From Cylindrospermopsis raciborskii Cr2010 (GTDB lineage Bacteria > Cyanobacteriota > Cyanobacteriia > Cyanobacteriales > Nostocaceae): DNA of 32,000 bases. Made by a program: the position numbers and the translations under genes. The stretch lies in NCBI RefSeq assembly GCF_003367075.2, contig NZ_CP065936.1, positions 660,001 through 692,000 of the forward strand, written 5' to 3'. The notes beneath the pieces were generated by a model. That model saw nothing but the letters and a program-made list of their open reading frames with translations. It was not told the origin of the DNA and searched no databases. Every line of letters begins with the position of its first letter. Positions within the stretch are counted from its first letter, which is position 1. This document shows positions 8,299 to 18,748 of this stretch, piece by piece.

Positions 8299-9846
8299 CT
8301 AACTGCGAATAACGGTAATAGTGCGTCCCCCTGGACTAATAGCTTGCTCCGTACTAATTCTCTCTCCCATGGGTGGTAACCCCGCACGGCGATCGAAAAT
8401 CACTAACCAACCTGTATCCAATCCTAAACCATCCAGATATTTATCCAATTGGATCAAACCCTGGGTTAGCGGATCTAACTTTTCTTTCCGCACCTTTAAC
8501 TCTATGCCCATCACCACTTTGCCATAGCGCAAACAAATATCCATCCTCCCAGAACCAATGGCATATTCTCGTTCTAACGTACCACCACCATTCACTACCC
8601 GATGCAAAAATGCCATTAACACCAAGTGAGGAGCAATCTCATGGTAGGGCGCACTTTTGAGCAGTGGTTCCCCATGTTGTCGCCAAAATTCCAAAAAAGA
8701 GTCTAATAGGATTTGAGGGTTGAGTGTGCCATCAGGGTTTAACCAGTTGGGTTCCACCGAAGTTAAAGAGGCGATCGCCACGGAGGCTAAAGCTTTAGGT
8801 AAAATCTCTCGATAAATAGGGTTAGCAATTTCCAGTCCACCCCCGCGATCGCGACGGCATAAACCCAGATCTAACACGTATCGTAAGTTATCTTCTGGCG
8901 TATCAGCTAAGTCTTCACCAGCTAACATAGGTTGAATAATGTCCCTGACCCTATCTTCCCGTAATCTTTCTGCCAAGCTATCTAAATGGGTATCCTGGCG
9001 TCGAATCAGAATTTCCTTGGCTTGGTTAATCACTTCAGCAGTAATGGGTTGGGTGATATCTTTCACTAAAACCTGAGTAGCTTGACGAGCTAGGGCGTTA
9101 ACTAACCACGGTTGTCCATCGGTCAAATAAAATGCCTGATGGATGGCTTCCGGGGTAAACACCTGTCCCGTAGCTTGCGTATGTTGTAAGTAAAGTTCTT
9201 CTACTTCTGATAAAGTAAAATTACTGAGGGTTAAAGACTCAGCCTTGATATTGAAAGGACTGGAAGTATTAAGTCTTTTACTTCCACCGGATTTAACCTT
9301 ATAGTCCCGCACATCCCGCATACCAATCAACCCCACCGAATGGGGAAACGCCCGGGGACGACGGGGAAAACCCGAACGTAATTGTCTTAAAATAAAGATT
9401 AAAGCTTCATCTGTCAGGGAATCTATTTCATCTAAAAAGATTACAAGAGGTCTTGGAGATTGGGTAGACCACTCACTTAAAGTTTTGCCTATTCCTGAGT
9501 CTGTTTCACCCTCTGGCCAATAGGATGGTTGTAGTTCTTTGGGTAAGTAAAACTTAATTGCCTGTTTCCATTCTTGTAAAATAACCTGCTCCGCTTGCTG
9601 GGGATTATGGGAAAATCCCGATCCTACTTCCACAGAGAGCATGACGGCGGTGTATTCCCCACTATCAGTCAATTCTTGAGCTAGAGCTATCATAGCGGTG
9701 GTTTTGCCTACTTGTCGCGGCGCATGAATGATAAAGTAATTGCGACCATCAATTAGTGCTTTCAAATCCGGTAGTCGAACCGTTGGGGAGAGCATATAGT
9801 GGATATCAGATTGGCAAGGACCAGCAGTATTAAAGTGTTTGGGCAT
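8299..9846 (-). CDS. AAA-like ATPase with C-terminal PD-(D/E)XK-like domain
   Basis: Walker A-like APRQVGKTT, Walker B LVIFLDEID, C-terminal GRMDICLRYGKVVMGIELKV. Paralogous layout to the protein at 22514. Confidence 0.8.
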   Translation of the reverse strand: MPKHFNTAGPCQSDIHYMLSPTVRLPDLKALIDGRNYFIIHAPRQVGKTTAMIALAQELTDSGEYTAVMLSVEVGSGFSHNPQQAEQVILQEWKQAIKFYLPKELQPSYWPEGETDSGIGKTLSEWSTQSPRPLVIFLDEIDSLTDEALIFILRQLRSGFPRRPRAFPHSVGLIGMRDVRDYKVKSGGSKRLNTSSPFNIKAESLTLSNFTLSEVEELYLQHTQATGQVFTPEAIHQAFYLTDGQPWLVNALARQATQVLVKDITQPITAEVINQAKEILIRRQDTHLDSLAERLREDRVRDIIQPMLAGEDLADTPEDNLRYVLDLGLCRRDRGGGLEIANPIYREILPKALASVAIASLTSVEPNWLNPDGTLNPQILLDSFLEFWRQHGEPLLKSAPYHEIAPHLVLMAFLHRVVNGGGTLEREYAIGSGRMDICLRYGKVVMGIELKVRKEKLDPLTQGLIQLDKYLDGLGLDTGWLVIFDRRAGLPPMGERISTEQAISPGGRTITVIRS

Positions 9847-9980
9847 GGTGAGAAGGAGTTTTTAAAAATAACCTTACCGATTTTATTCTAGAACCTCTAT
9901 AGACCAGCTCATAAGGGATCTTCATTGAAACCAGCACCCAACACCCTCAACTCATGGCATTACTCAAATAATACGCCATA

Positions 9981-10011
9981 AAAAAAGCCCCCCACCAGGT
10001 GAGGAGCTTTT
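9981..10011 (-). terminator. putative intrinsic terminator of psbA
   Basis: Minus strand reads AAAAGCTCC...GGGGGGCTTTTTTT, a strong stem followed by a T-run. Confidence 0.75.
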
Positions 10012-10038
10012 CATTTACCAGTATTGGTTATTAAATTA

Positions 10039-11121
10039 TTAACCGTTGATTGCGGGAGCGGTTAATGCTACAGGTGCTACTTCACCAGCAGCTAGGTCTA
10101 AGGGGAAGTTGTGCGCATTACGCTCGTGCATTACTTCCATACCTAGGTTAGCGCGGTTGATTACGTCAGCCCATGTACCGATTACCCGTCCTTGAGAATC
10201 AATGATGGATTGGTTGAAGTTGAATCCATTCAGGTTGAATGCCATGGTGCTTACACCCAGTGCTGTAAACCAGATTCCTACTACTGGCCATGCTGCCAAG
10301 AAGAAGTGTAGTGAACGGCTGTTGTTGAATGAAGCATATTGGAATATCAATCGTCCGAAGTAACCGTGTGCTGCTACGATGTTGTAGGTTTCTTCCTCTT
10401 GTCCGAACTTGTAACCATAGTTCTGAGACTCGGTTTCGGTTGTTTCTCTTACTAAGGAAGATGTTACCAAGGAACCGTGCATAGCGCTGAACAAGCTACC
10501 ACCGAATACACCTGCTACTCCTAGCATGTGGAAGGGGTGCATGAGGATGTTATGCTCTGCTTGGAACACAATCATGAAGTTGAAGGTTCCAGAGATGCCT
10601 AAAGGCATACCATCAGAGAAGGAACCTTGTCCGATGGGGTAGATTAAGAATACTGCGGTAGCTGCTGCCAAAGGAGCGGAGAATGCTACGCAAATCCAAG
10701 GGCGCATGCCTAAACGGAAGGATAGTTCCCATTCACGACCTAGGTAGCAGGCTACACCAATCAAGAAGTGGAAAATTACTAGTTGGTAAGGACCACCGTT
10801 GTATAACCATTCATCTAAGGATGCAGCTTCCCAAATTGGGTAGAAGTGCAAACCAATAGCGTTGGAGGAGGGAACAACAGCACCAGAGATGATGTTGTTA
10901 CCGTACATTAAGGAACCAGCTACGGGTTCGCGGATACCGTCGATGTCAACGGGGGGAGCAGCAATGAAAGCAATGATGAAGCAAGTGGTAGCTGCAAGTA
11001 GGGTGGGGATCATTAACACGCCGAACCAGCCAATATAAAGGCGGTTGTTGGTGCTGGTGATAAATTCACAGAAGCGATCCCATACGTTGGCGCTTTGGCG
11101 CTGTTGAATGGTGGTGGTCAT
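10039..11121 (-). CDS. psbA: photosystem II D1 protein (E130 form)
   Basis: 360-aa D1 sequence with canonical motifs and a 16-aa C-terminal extension after LDLA. Confidence 0.99.
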   Translation of the reverse strand: MTTTIQQRQSANVWDRFCEFITSTNNRLYIGWFGVLMIPTLLAATTCFIIAFIAAPPVDIDGIREPVAGSLMYGNNIISGAVVPSSNAIGLHFYPIWEAASLDEWLYNGGPYQLVIFHFLIGVACYLGREWELSFRLGMRPWICVAFSAPLAAATAVFLIYPIGQGSFSDGMPLGISGTFNFMIVFQAEHNILMHPFHMLGVAGVFGGSLFSAMHGSLVTSSLVRETTETESQNYGYKFGQEEETYNIVAAHGYFGRLIFQYASFNNSRSLHFFLAAWPVVGIWFTALGVSTMAFNLNGFNFNQSIIDSQGRVIGTWADVINRANLGMEVMHERNAHNFPLDLAAGEVAPVALTAPAING

Positions 11122-11189
11122 GTTTTTATAAATGCGGTTTAACCGAAGGTTTATGTATGTTCAGGTAGGTGTTTCTACCTTATGAACTT

Positions 11190-11218
11190 ATATTAAGACA
11201 GATGTTTAGTTTTGTAAA
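11190..11218 (-). promoter_or_regulatory. psbA promoter, sigma70-type
   Basis: Minus strand TTTACA-N17-TAATAT, about 70 bp upstream of the psbA ATG. Confidence 0.7.
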
Positions 11219-11788
11219 GGGGTTTTTACAAAAATTTTTAATAATTTTGCCAATTAGGGATTTTGCTATATGTAGTAAGGATTTTCGACTACTGTAGGTA
11301 TTTTATATGTATGTAGATCAGATTTTTTTTATACATTTAATTATAATCATCCCGGATAGTTGAGTTTCTTATTAAACTCAAGCTACAAGATTGGTGAAGT
11401 GTTTAGAGAGGCGATCGCACGACTATTTTAGTCAAGGAATATTTGCGCAATTCGGGACTAGAATTTGCAGCTGGTAACCAGTTCGGTACTGATACCTATT
11501 TTCCCTTCTTTAGGGCCCAGCTGAAGGCGGTCAACTTTCCCGCAAACACACGGCAAAGCCCCTAAAGGTTAAGCAAAGGGGAATTAATTGCCAAATCTCC
11601 CCCACTGCGGTTTAAAACTGGTAAATGAGGCTTTTAACCTGATGATTAAATTGTCTATAGCTGACAATATAGACCTCCAAGTTATAGTGTTTATAAAGAA
11701 CTAGGGAGCGGCGAATAGCTTGGATAATCCACTCCATTTTAATTTTAAACTCTTGTGTGGACTTGTGATAATATGTTTGCCACGCGAG

Positions 11789-11816
11789 CTCCCATAGGGA
11801 GTGCTTCGCGATCGCC
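11789..11816. repeat. CTCCCATAGGGAGTGCTTCGCRATCGCC repeat, copy 2
   Basis: 27/28 identical to 8271-8298. Confidence 0.75.
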
Positions 11817-11914
11817 TGTGATTTCTATATACTCCTAAATAAGACCACAGATATTTTTAAAAACCAAAACCAAAGTGCTAAAACTGAGTCGATGATTTTA
11901 ATTTGTAACTGTTA

Positions 11915-12215
11915 TCAAGCTAATTCCTCAAAAACAATATCCTCATAAACCGACTGAATGGGAAAACTTAAATCAATACTTTGTAGCTCGATATTATCCC
12001 CCGACTGATAATTAAAAATCTCCCAATTACCCCGATCATTTTTGCGGTATAAATCAATCGCTATTTTCTCAGCATCAACTAAAAGATAATCTTGCAAACT
12101 AGGATTGCGACGATACAATCTAAATTTATCCCCTCGGTCATAACTGGCCGTACTGGGAGATAAAACCTCAACAATTAGACAGGGATATTGAATTGCTTGG
12201 ATTGCAGTGCGATCG
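11915..12215 (-). pseudogene. Uma2-family (DUF820) protein, N-terminally truncated remnant
   Basis: Frame continues upstream of the ORF call: GDRTAIQAIQYPCLIVEVLSPSTASYDRGDKFRLYRRNPSLQDYLLVDAEK. The N-terminal third of the family fold is missing. Confidence 0.7.
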
Positions 12216-12226
12216 CCCTCGTCACA

Positions 12227-13048
12227 CTAAACCAACCAACTTCTTATCTTAGCAGATAACAAATCAATTATAGCAGTAGCTGCTACTAGAACAATTAAAA
12301 TCGCACAGACTTTTTGATATTGGAAAGCGCCAAAGCTTTGATAAAGTGAAACACCTATGCCACCAGCTCCCACTATGCCCAGAACAGAAGCGGAGCGGAC
12401 ATTAGATTCAAATCTATAAAGCGTAAAAGAAGTCCACAAAGGCATAACCTGGGGAATCACACCATAAATGACCTCTTGAATATGACTAGCACCAGTAGCT
12501 CTAATCCCATCCACTGGACCCGGTTCAATAGATTCTACTGCTTCAGAGAACAATTTACCCAATACTCCAGTGGTGTGTACAAATAAGGCCAATACCCCTG
12601 CAAAGGGACCTAACCCCACTGCCACTACAAATATCAATGCAAACACTATTTCATTAATAGCACGCATAGCATCTAATACTCGCCTTGTTGGTTGCACAAT
12701 CCATATTGGGCACATATTATTGGATGCTAGGATGGATAAGGGAACAGAAACGATCGCCGCCATTAGGGTTCCCCAGAGTCCCATAGAAATTGTAATTACA
12801 GTTTCAGAAAAGTAATATCCCCAGTCGGAAAAGTCTGGTAGAAAATATGATTTAACATACTCCACCATATTGTCTCCACGTTGCAAAAGCACTAAGAAAT
12901 TTAATTCACTTTGTAGATAGGAGGCAATAAGGGCCACAGCAATTGCTAAAACTAACAGAACTTTTTTGGTAGTGACAAGTTTGGCTTCTTTCTCTAACAT
13001 TGCCAAGACATTAGGAGAAGAAACTGGGGTTTCTAATTTCGGGGACAT
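12227..13048 (-). CDS. phnE: phosphonate/phosphite ABC transporter permease PhnE
   Basis: PhnE-type EAVESIEPGPVDGIRATGASHIQEVIYGVIPQVMPLWTSFTLYRFESNVRSASVLGIVGAGGIG. Confidence 0.93.
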   Translation of the reverse strand: MSPKLETPVSSPNVLAMLEKEAKLVTTKKVLLVLAIAVALIASYLQSELNFLVLLQRGDNMVEYVKSYFLPDFSDWGYYFSETVITISMGLWGTLMAAIVSVPLSILASNNMCPIWIVQPTRRVLDAMRAINEIVFALIFVVAVGLGPFAGVLALFVHTTGVLGKLFSEAVESIEPGPVDGIRATGASHIQEVIYGVIPQVMPLWTSFTLYRFESNVRSASVLGIVGAGGIGVSLYQSFGAFQYQKVCAILIVLVAATAIIDLLSAKIRSWLV

Positions 13049-13191
13049 GCTCGTATACGCCTAGATTTAATACTATTATACTTGGTGGAGTTATCTATTG
13101 AGAGTAGACCTTCTCTGTTTTCAGGTAGCTGTTGATCTCTAACTTAGTTTTTAAAAATCAACAGCTGATAATTACTGGCAATTAAGTGGTA

Positions 13192-14202
13192 TTAACGTCC
13201 TTGCAGTTTTCGTAGTTGGCTATTCAAGTTGTTTAATTTTTGTTTATCCGCAGGGGTTAGATCAGTTTTAGCCTCCAAGTCCAAAACCTGTTTAGCAAGA
13301 TCCAATTCTCGAATAGGGTTCCAGGTTTTATCATTAGCCGGTATTAACGCTGACCACTGCAAAGGTTCTAAGATTTTTTTGTCTTTGAAATTGTAGAAGA
13401 AATTCTGCAGTTTTTTCTTCACATCAGCTGGTAAATCTTTACGATAAGCTATGGGATCACTAGGGATAATTGGTGATGTCCAGATGATCTCAATGTTCTG
13501 TCTGGCTGAGGGCCTAGTTTTTTCCAGTCTTTCTAGAGACTCATTATTATTAGTGGCTACATCCACCTGGTTATTGGCGACTGCTAAAGCTGTAGCTTCA
13601 TGACTACCTGAGAAAATTAAGCGTTTAAAAACTTTCTTGGGGTCAACTTTATTTTTACCAAATACATAGTAACTAGGTACTAAAAACCCAGAGGTAGAGT
13701 TAGGGTCGTTAAACGCAAAAGTTAATTTACTCGCATTTCGGATCACATATTTATCCCCACCCTGTTTCTTTGCTGCTGCTGTAATTGGACTACTCTTATT
13801 GGCAATTAGATGGGCATAGTAACCTTTTTTTCCATCGCTAGAAACAGTTTGGGCAAAGGCTTCTGCATTGGCAATTTTAGCAGCTTCAATATAGGATTTA
13901 CCTCCATACCAAGCTATTTGCACCTGACCAAAACGCATGGCTTCAATTACCCCCGCATATTGGGTAGCATAAAAAGCTCGCACAGGAATGCCTATGGAAG
14001 TTGATAACGCCGCAATAAATGGTTCCCAAAGGGGTCTTTGATTGGCTTGGGATTCCGTGGAAATGATACCGAAGTTCAGTTCTTTTATTTGTTGGGCTTG
14101 TACTGGCTCAATACCCTTGTTACCAATGGTGGCAATGACTTGAGTACCTAGTAAAGACGCACCAAATAAAGCGGAGCTTTCAATGAATGATCTGCGTTTC
14201 AT
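13192..14202 (-). CDS. phnD: phosphonate/phosphite ABC transporter substrate-binding protein PhnD
   Basis: Signal peptide; LNFGIISTESQANQRPLWEPFIAALSTSIGIPV; GKSYIEAA; FNDPNSTSGFLVPSYYVF. Between phnC and phnE. Confidence 0.92.
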   Translation of the reverse strand: MKRRSFIESSALFGASLLGTQVIATIGNKGIEPVQAQQIKELNFGIISTESQANQRPLWEPFIAALSTSIGIPVRAFYATQYAGVIEAMRFGQVQIAWYGGKSYIEAAKIANAEAFAQTVSSDGKKGYYAHLIANKSSPITAAAKKQGGDKYVIRNASKLTFAFNDPNSTSGFLVPSYYVFGKNKVDPKKVFKRLIFSGSHEATALAVANNQVDVATNNNESLERLEKTRPSARQNIEIIWTSPIIPSDPIAYRKDLPADVKKKLQNFFYNFKDKKILEPLQWSALIPANDKTWNPIRELDLAKQVLDLEAKTDLTPADKQKLNNLNSQLRKLQGR

Positions 14203-14285
14203 GGCTATTCCTCAATGATGTTTTATAAGTGATATTTTCTTCTGGTGCGCAAGATTTAAGTGCGGAAAAAACTCGAGTTTAGAAA

Positions 14286-15071
14286 TCATAGCAGCACTTC
14301 ACCATGTCCTCGCATTACCAATTCTTCCACAGCTGCACCATAAATTTGGTTTAGTTTCCTATCATCCAATTCTACGGTTGCGCCATCGAATTTTACTTCT
14401 CCATCCTTCAAGGCAATTACCCTACTAAAGTAGTTTCTTACCATTTGAATTTGATGTAAAGAGGCTACTACACTAATTCCATTATCTCGGTTAAGTTGCA
14501 CCAGCAACTCCATTACTTTACGTGCTGACTCTGGGTCTAATGAAGCAATGGGTTCATCCGCTAATATAATCTTTGCCCTCTGAACTAAACAACGAGCAAT
14601 GGCTACCCTTTGCTGTTGTCCTCCCGAAATTGTAGAGGCTCGCTTGTAAGCATGCTCAAGAATTCCGACCTGTTCCAGCGCAGCTAGGGCTTGAATCTTT
14701 TCTTCTTTAGTAAACAAATGTAATGTTGAACGAAAGGGAGAGACTCTGGCCAGGTTACCAACCAAAACATTCTCAATTACTGTCAACCGATTTACTAGAT
14801 TAAACTGCTGGAAAATACAACCAATGCGACTGCGTAACAGTCTGACTTTCGAATGTAGTTTTCCCTGACTTTGCAAGGTGGTACCATATACGGTGACCTC
14901 ACCAGCATCAGCAGTTTGTAAGCCATTAATGTGCCGCAAGAGTGTGGACTTTCCTGAACCGGATGCACCAATTAGGGCTACCATGTCCCCCTCATATATG
15001 CTACATGACACTTGTTTTAGTGCCACTTTGCCTTTAAAACTCTTGGAAACATTGTTAATCGTAATACTCAC
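14286..15071 (-). CDS. phnC: phosphonate/phosphite ABC transporter ATP-binding protein PhnC
   Basis: Walker A GASGSGKST, signature ISGGQQQRVAIARCL, ILADEPIASLDPESA. First gene of the phnCDE run. Confidence 0.92.
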   Translation of the reverse strand: MSITINNVSKSFKGKVALKQVSCSIYEGDMVALIGASGSGKSTLLRHINGLQTADAGEVTVYGTTLQSQGKLHSKVRLLRSRIGCIFQQFNLVNRLTVIENVLVGNLARVSPFRSTLHLFTKEEKIQALAALEQVGILEHAYKRASTISGGQQQRVAIARCLVQRAKIILADEPIASLDPESARKVMELLVQLNRDNGISVVASLHQIQMVRNYFSRVIALKDGEVKFDGATVELDDRKLNQIYGAAVEELVMRGHGEVLL

Positions 15072-15302
15072 TGTGGTTGTTGTTGATTCATGGTCTAGTT
15101 TGACCCTAGATTAACAGCGGTTGGTTAAGTAATAGTTAAGTAAAGGATAATTTTAGATGTAAGATGTAATATCGGGTTTCCTAAGATTGGATGAAGATTA
15201 GCAATCACCACCTCAGTCAAACCAACCTACGTTAAATGGCAAAGCGCAAAACTGATTTTTTGGGTAAAATGGGAGATAAATTGTTGGGAAACGTATAGCA
15301 CT

Positions 15303-16322
15303 ATGGCTTCAGCCGTTTTAATCGAACATCTAAGGAAAAGCTACGGTAAGGTCGTCGCAGTCAAAGATGTGTCTTTTGAGGTACAATCGGGAGAAATCTT
15401 TGGTTTACTTGGTCCCAATGGTGCAGGTAAAACTACTACTCTCCGCGCTCTTTGTACTCTGACTACCCCAGATGCTGGAAAAGTTCAAGTTTCGGGTATA
15501 TCTGTTGTGGACCATCCCAAATTGGCACGACAAAGGTTGGGTTATGTCGCTCAGGAGGTAGCCATAGATAAGATATTAACAGGTAGAGAACTATTACAAC
15601 TGCAAGCAGCTCTTTACCATCTACCCGGTGCAGCAATCAAGGAGCGAATTGCTAAGGTTTTGGAGTTGCTTGGTTTACAGGAATATGCAGATCAAAAAAC
15701 TGGAACCTATTCTGGTGGTTTACGTAAACGTCTAGATCTAGCAGCTGGGTTGTTACATTCCCCAGATGTGTTAGTTTTGGATGAACCAACGGTAGGATTG
15801 GACATAGAAAGTCGAATTGTAGTCTGGGATTTCTTGCGCAAATTACGAGCAGCTGGTACTACTGTAGTCATCACTAGTCACTATTTAGAAGAGATTGATG
15901 CTTTGGCAGATAAAGTGGCAATCATAGATAAGGGTCTGGTAATTGCTGCTGGTACACCTGCTCAATTAAAAGATCAAGTGGGAGGCGATCGCATTACTTT
16001 GCGCATCCGGGAGTTTTCACATCAGGAGGAAGCAGAAAAGGCCAAGAACTTATTGGCGACTCTACCTTTTGTGCAGGAAATAATCATTAATTCCGCCCAG
16101 GGAAATTCTTTGAATTTAGTTGTTACCCCGCAAAATGATGCCCTAATTACTATTCAGCAGACTTTAAGTAATGTAGGTCTACCAATTTTTGGTATTGCCC
16201 AATCCCGTCCCAGTTTAGATGATGTTTACTTGGCTGCTACTGGTAAGACATTAATGGATGCGGAGTTAGCAGCGGTAGCTAATCGTGATCCTAAAGCTGA
16301 GAAAAAGCAAAATATGAGATAG
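15303..16322 (+). CDS. ABC transporter ATP-binding protein, DrrA-like
   Basis: GPNGAGKTTTLRALCTL, YSGGLRKRLDLAAGLLHSPDVLVLDEPTVGLD. Confidence 0.9.
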   Translation: MASAVLIEHLRKSYGKVVAVKDVSFEVQSGEIFGLLGPNGAGKTTTLRALCTLTTPDAGKVQVSGISVVDHPKLARQRLGYVAQEVAIDKILTGRELLQLQAALYHLPGAAIKERIAKVLELLGLQEYADQKTGTYSGGLRKRLDLAAGLLHSPDVLVLDEPTVGLDIESRIVVWDFLRKLRAAGTTVVITSHYLEEIDALADKVAIIDKGLVIAAGTPAQLKDQVGGDRITLRIREFSHQEEAEKAKNLLATLPFVQEIIINSAQGNSLNLVVTPQNDALITIQQTLSNVGLPIFGIAQSRPSLDDVYLAATGKTLMDAELAAVANRDPKAEKKQNMR

Positions 16323-16409
16323 GTTGGCAATATACAATCCTAACCAGTTGGTCAAGGGACCTAAGAATCCTCATATATTCATCAATAACTTCGCCCAATC
16401 TAAATCATT

Positions 16410-17288
16410 ATGAAGACAGATATCAATTTACCATCAGTTACTTCTCCCTCCCTTATGGTCTCTGAAACTGGATCTAGTTTTATAGGAGAAATCACTCAAG
16501 AAACCTTAGCTCTAACCCGTCGTCTATTTATTCAACTACAGCGTCGTCCTTCTACCCTCATAGCTGGTATTATTCAACCAGTAATGTGGTTAGTGTTATT
16601 CGGCGCATTGTTCCAAAATGCCCCCCAGGGTTTATTTGGTTCCACTGCCAATTACGGACAATTTTTAGCTGCTGGTGTGATAGTATTTACCGCTTTTGCT
16701 GGGGCTTTAAATGCCGGTTTACCGGTTATGTTTGATCGGGAATTTGGCTTTTTAAACCGGTTACTGGTAGCACCTTTAGCTTCTCGGTTTTCTATTGTGT
16801 TTGCTTCTGCTATTTTCATCATTAGCCAAAGTTTACTTCAAGCAGCAGTGATAGTCGGTGCAGCAGCAATGCTAGGAGCAGGACTACCAGATATTAATGG
16901 ACTAGTGGCGATCGCCTTGATCGTATTTTTACTGGCATTGGGAGTTACAGCTATTTCCCTGGGTTTGGCCTTTGCTTTGCCTGGACACATAGAACTAATA
17001 GCAGTAATTTTTGTAAGTAATTTACCTCTATTATTTGCTAGTACAGCCTTAGCTCCATTATCTTTCATGCCAGAGTGGTTAAAAATCGTAGTTGCTCTCA
17101 ACCCTTTGAGCTATGCCATAGAACCAATTAGGCATTTATATCTCAATAGTGATTGGGAACTAAATGATGTGGTGATGGAGGTGTTTTGGGGTAATGTTAG
17201 CTTTGGAGGATCCTTGTTAGTATTATTGGGATTTGCAATAGTGGCTTTATTAAGCATTCAATCCCAATTACGCAAAACCTTAGCCTAA
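16410..17288 (+). CDS. ABC-2 type permease, DrrB-like
   Basis: Multiple hydrophobic segments, IIQPVMWLVLFG, immediately downstream of the ATPase. Confidence 0.88.
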   Translation: MKTDINLPSVTSPSLMVSETGSSFIGEITQETLALTRRLFIQLQRRPSTLIAGIIQPVMWLVLFGALFQNAPQGLFGSTANYGQFLAAGVIVFTAFAGALNAGLPVMFDREFGFLNRLLVAPLASRFSIVFASAIFIISQSLLQAAVIVGAAAMLGAGLPDINGLVAIALIVFLLALGVTAISLGLAFALPGHIELIAVIFVSNLPLLFASTALAPLSFMPEWLKIVVALNPLSYAIEPIRHLYLNSDWELNDVVMEVFWGNVSFGGSLLVLLGFAIVALLSIQSQLRKTLA

Positions 17289-17321
17289 CCTTGTTAAAAC
17301 AGACAAAACGGAGGGGAAATC

Positions 17322-17690
17322 ATGAACAAATATTTTTTGAAGGGTAAACTTTTGCTGGTTTGTGGTGCAGGAATAGGTCTTATTGGTTTATTTGCACCAC
17401 AACCAAGCTTTGCTAATACCGCTATTACAAGTCAACCTTTGAATAGTCCGGACAACACAAATCCTTTGGTAAATGATTCGGGACTTGATATGTTCAATAT
17501 AATTCATCGGTTGAACTTTGGCCCATTGAACTGGGACCCTAATCAGCAAAATCAGCAGTTAGAGGATGCAGCAGCAGCCTTTAAAGCCCGTCAAAATCAG
17601 ATATTGCAAAATCAGCAGCCATCAAAGATAAAAGTAGAAGAAAATAGACCTGGTGGCAATACTGATGGTAGTAATACAGAAAGAAAGTAG
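17322..17690 (+). CDS. hypothetical secreted protein
   Basis: ATG with upstream GGAGG. Signal peptide MNKYFLKGKLLLVCGAGIGLIGLFAPQPSFA, then a low-complexity N/Q-rich mature part. Confidence 0.6.
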   Translation: MNKYFLKGKLLLVCGAGIGLIGLFAPQPSFANTAITSQPLNSPDNTNPLVNDSGLDMFNIIHRLNFGPLNWDPNQQNQQLEDAAAAFKARQNQILQNQQPSKIKVEENRPGGNTDGSNTERK

Positions 17691-18704
17691 TTGCGGATAA
17701 AACTAAATAGGTGGATGATTATGTTAACATCTTTAATTGATAGCGAAGACAGAGCAGCTGTTTATGCAGCTAAAACAAAAACTGCTGTTTGCGATCGCTC
17801 CCATTGGGGAAGAATTGAAGTTACTGGTGAAGATAGATTGCGTTTTTTACACAATCAAAGCACTAATAACCTTCAATCTTTACAACCAGGTAGTGGATGT
17901 GACACTGTGATGGTCACTTCCACAGCTAGAACCATAGATTTAGTGACTGGATATGTCTTAGAAGACAGAGTATTATTACTAGTCTCACCCAATCGGCGGG
18001 AATTTTTACTCTCCTGGTTAGACCGTTATATATTTTTCGCAGACCAGGTGACCCTGACAGATATAACCGAGCAAACAGCAACATTCACACTCCTGGGTCC
18101 AGAAAGTGATACCATAATCAGTAAACTAGGTGCAGCATCACTTCTGAGTCAACCTGATGGTCATCACATTTCAATCAATGGCATCATTTTTGCTGTTGGT
18201 ACAGGATTAACTATACCTGGCTATACCCTAATTCTCCCCAGAGCAGAAAAACAGCAAATTTGGCAGCAACTCCTAGATTGGGGAGCAGTCAAATTGAGCG
18301 ATCGCCATTGGGAAATGCTGCGGATTTCCCAAGGTCGTCCCGCTCCCGATGCAGAGCTAACGGATGATTATAATCCCTTAGAAGTTGGTCTTTGGCAGAC
18401 AGTTTCGTTTAATAAGGGTTGTTACATTGGTCAAGAGACCATTGCCAGACTAAATACTTACAAAGGGGTAAAACAACATTTATGGGGAATTAAGCTAAAA
18501 AATTGTGCACAACCGGGAACTATAATTACCATATCAGAAGAAAAAGTTGGTAAACTTACCAGCTACATAGAAACTCCTGAAGGACACTTTGGGTTAGGTT
18601 ATATTCGTGCGAAAGCAGGAGGCGTGGGTTTAACTGTAGAAGTGGGAGAAACTCAAGGAGAAATTGTGCCAGTCCCTTTTGTTTCCTGGGAGTATCCTCA
18701 ATAA
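17691..18704 (+). CDS. ygfZ: tRNA-modifying/folate-binding protein YgfZ-like (GcvT-related)
   Basis: KGCYIGQETIARLNTYKG signature and GcvT-like fold sequence. The start codon may be further in (e.g. MLTSLIDS). Confidence 0.85.
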   Translation: MRIKLNRWMIMLTSLIDSEDRAAVYAAKTKTAVCDRSHWGRIEVTGEDRLRFLHNQSTNNLQSLQPGSGCDTVMVTSTARTIDLVTGYVLEDRVLLLVSPNRREFLLSWLDRYIFFADQVTLTDITEQTATFTLLGPESDTIISKLGAASLLSQPDGHHISINGIIFAVGTGLTIPGYTLILPRAEKQQIWQQLLDWGAVKLSDRHWEMLRISQGRPAPDAELTDDYNPLEVGLWQTVSFNKGCYIGQETIARLNTYKGVKQHLWGIKLKNCAQPGTIITISEEKVGKLTSYIETPEGHFGLGYIRAKAGGVGLTVEVGETQGEIVPVPFVSWEYPQ

Positions 18705-18748
18705 TTGAGGTATAGCAATTTATGAGCTTTTTAATTTAGGATGAATTT

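Noticed and set aside
11400-11600. Possible structured RNA in the gap upstream of psbA
   Set aside because: No tmRNA, RNase P, SRP or tRNA signature could be recognised by eye, so no RNA feature is claimed.
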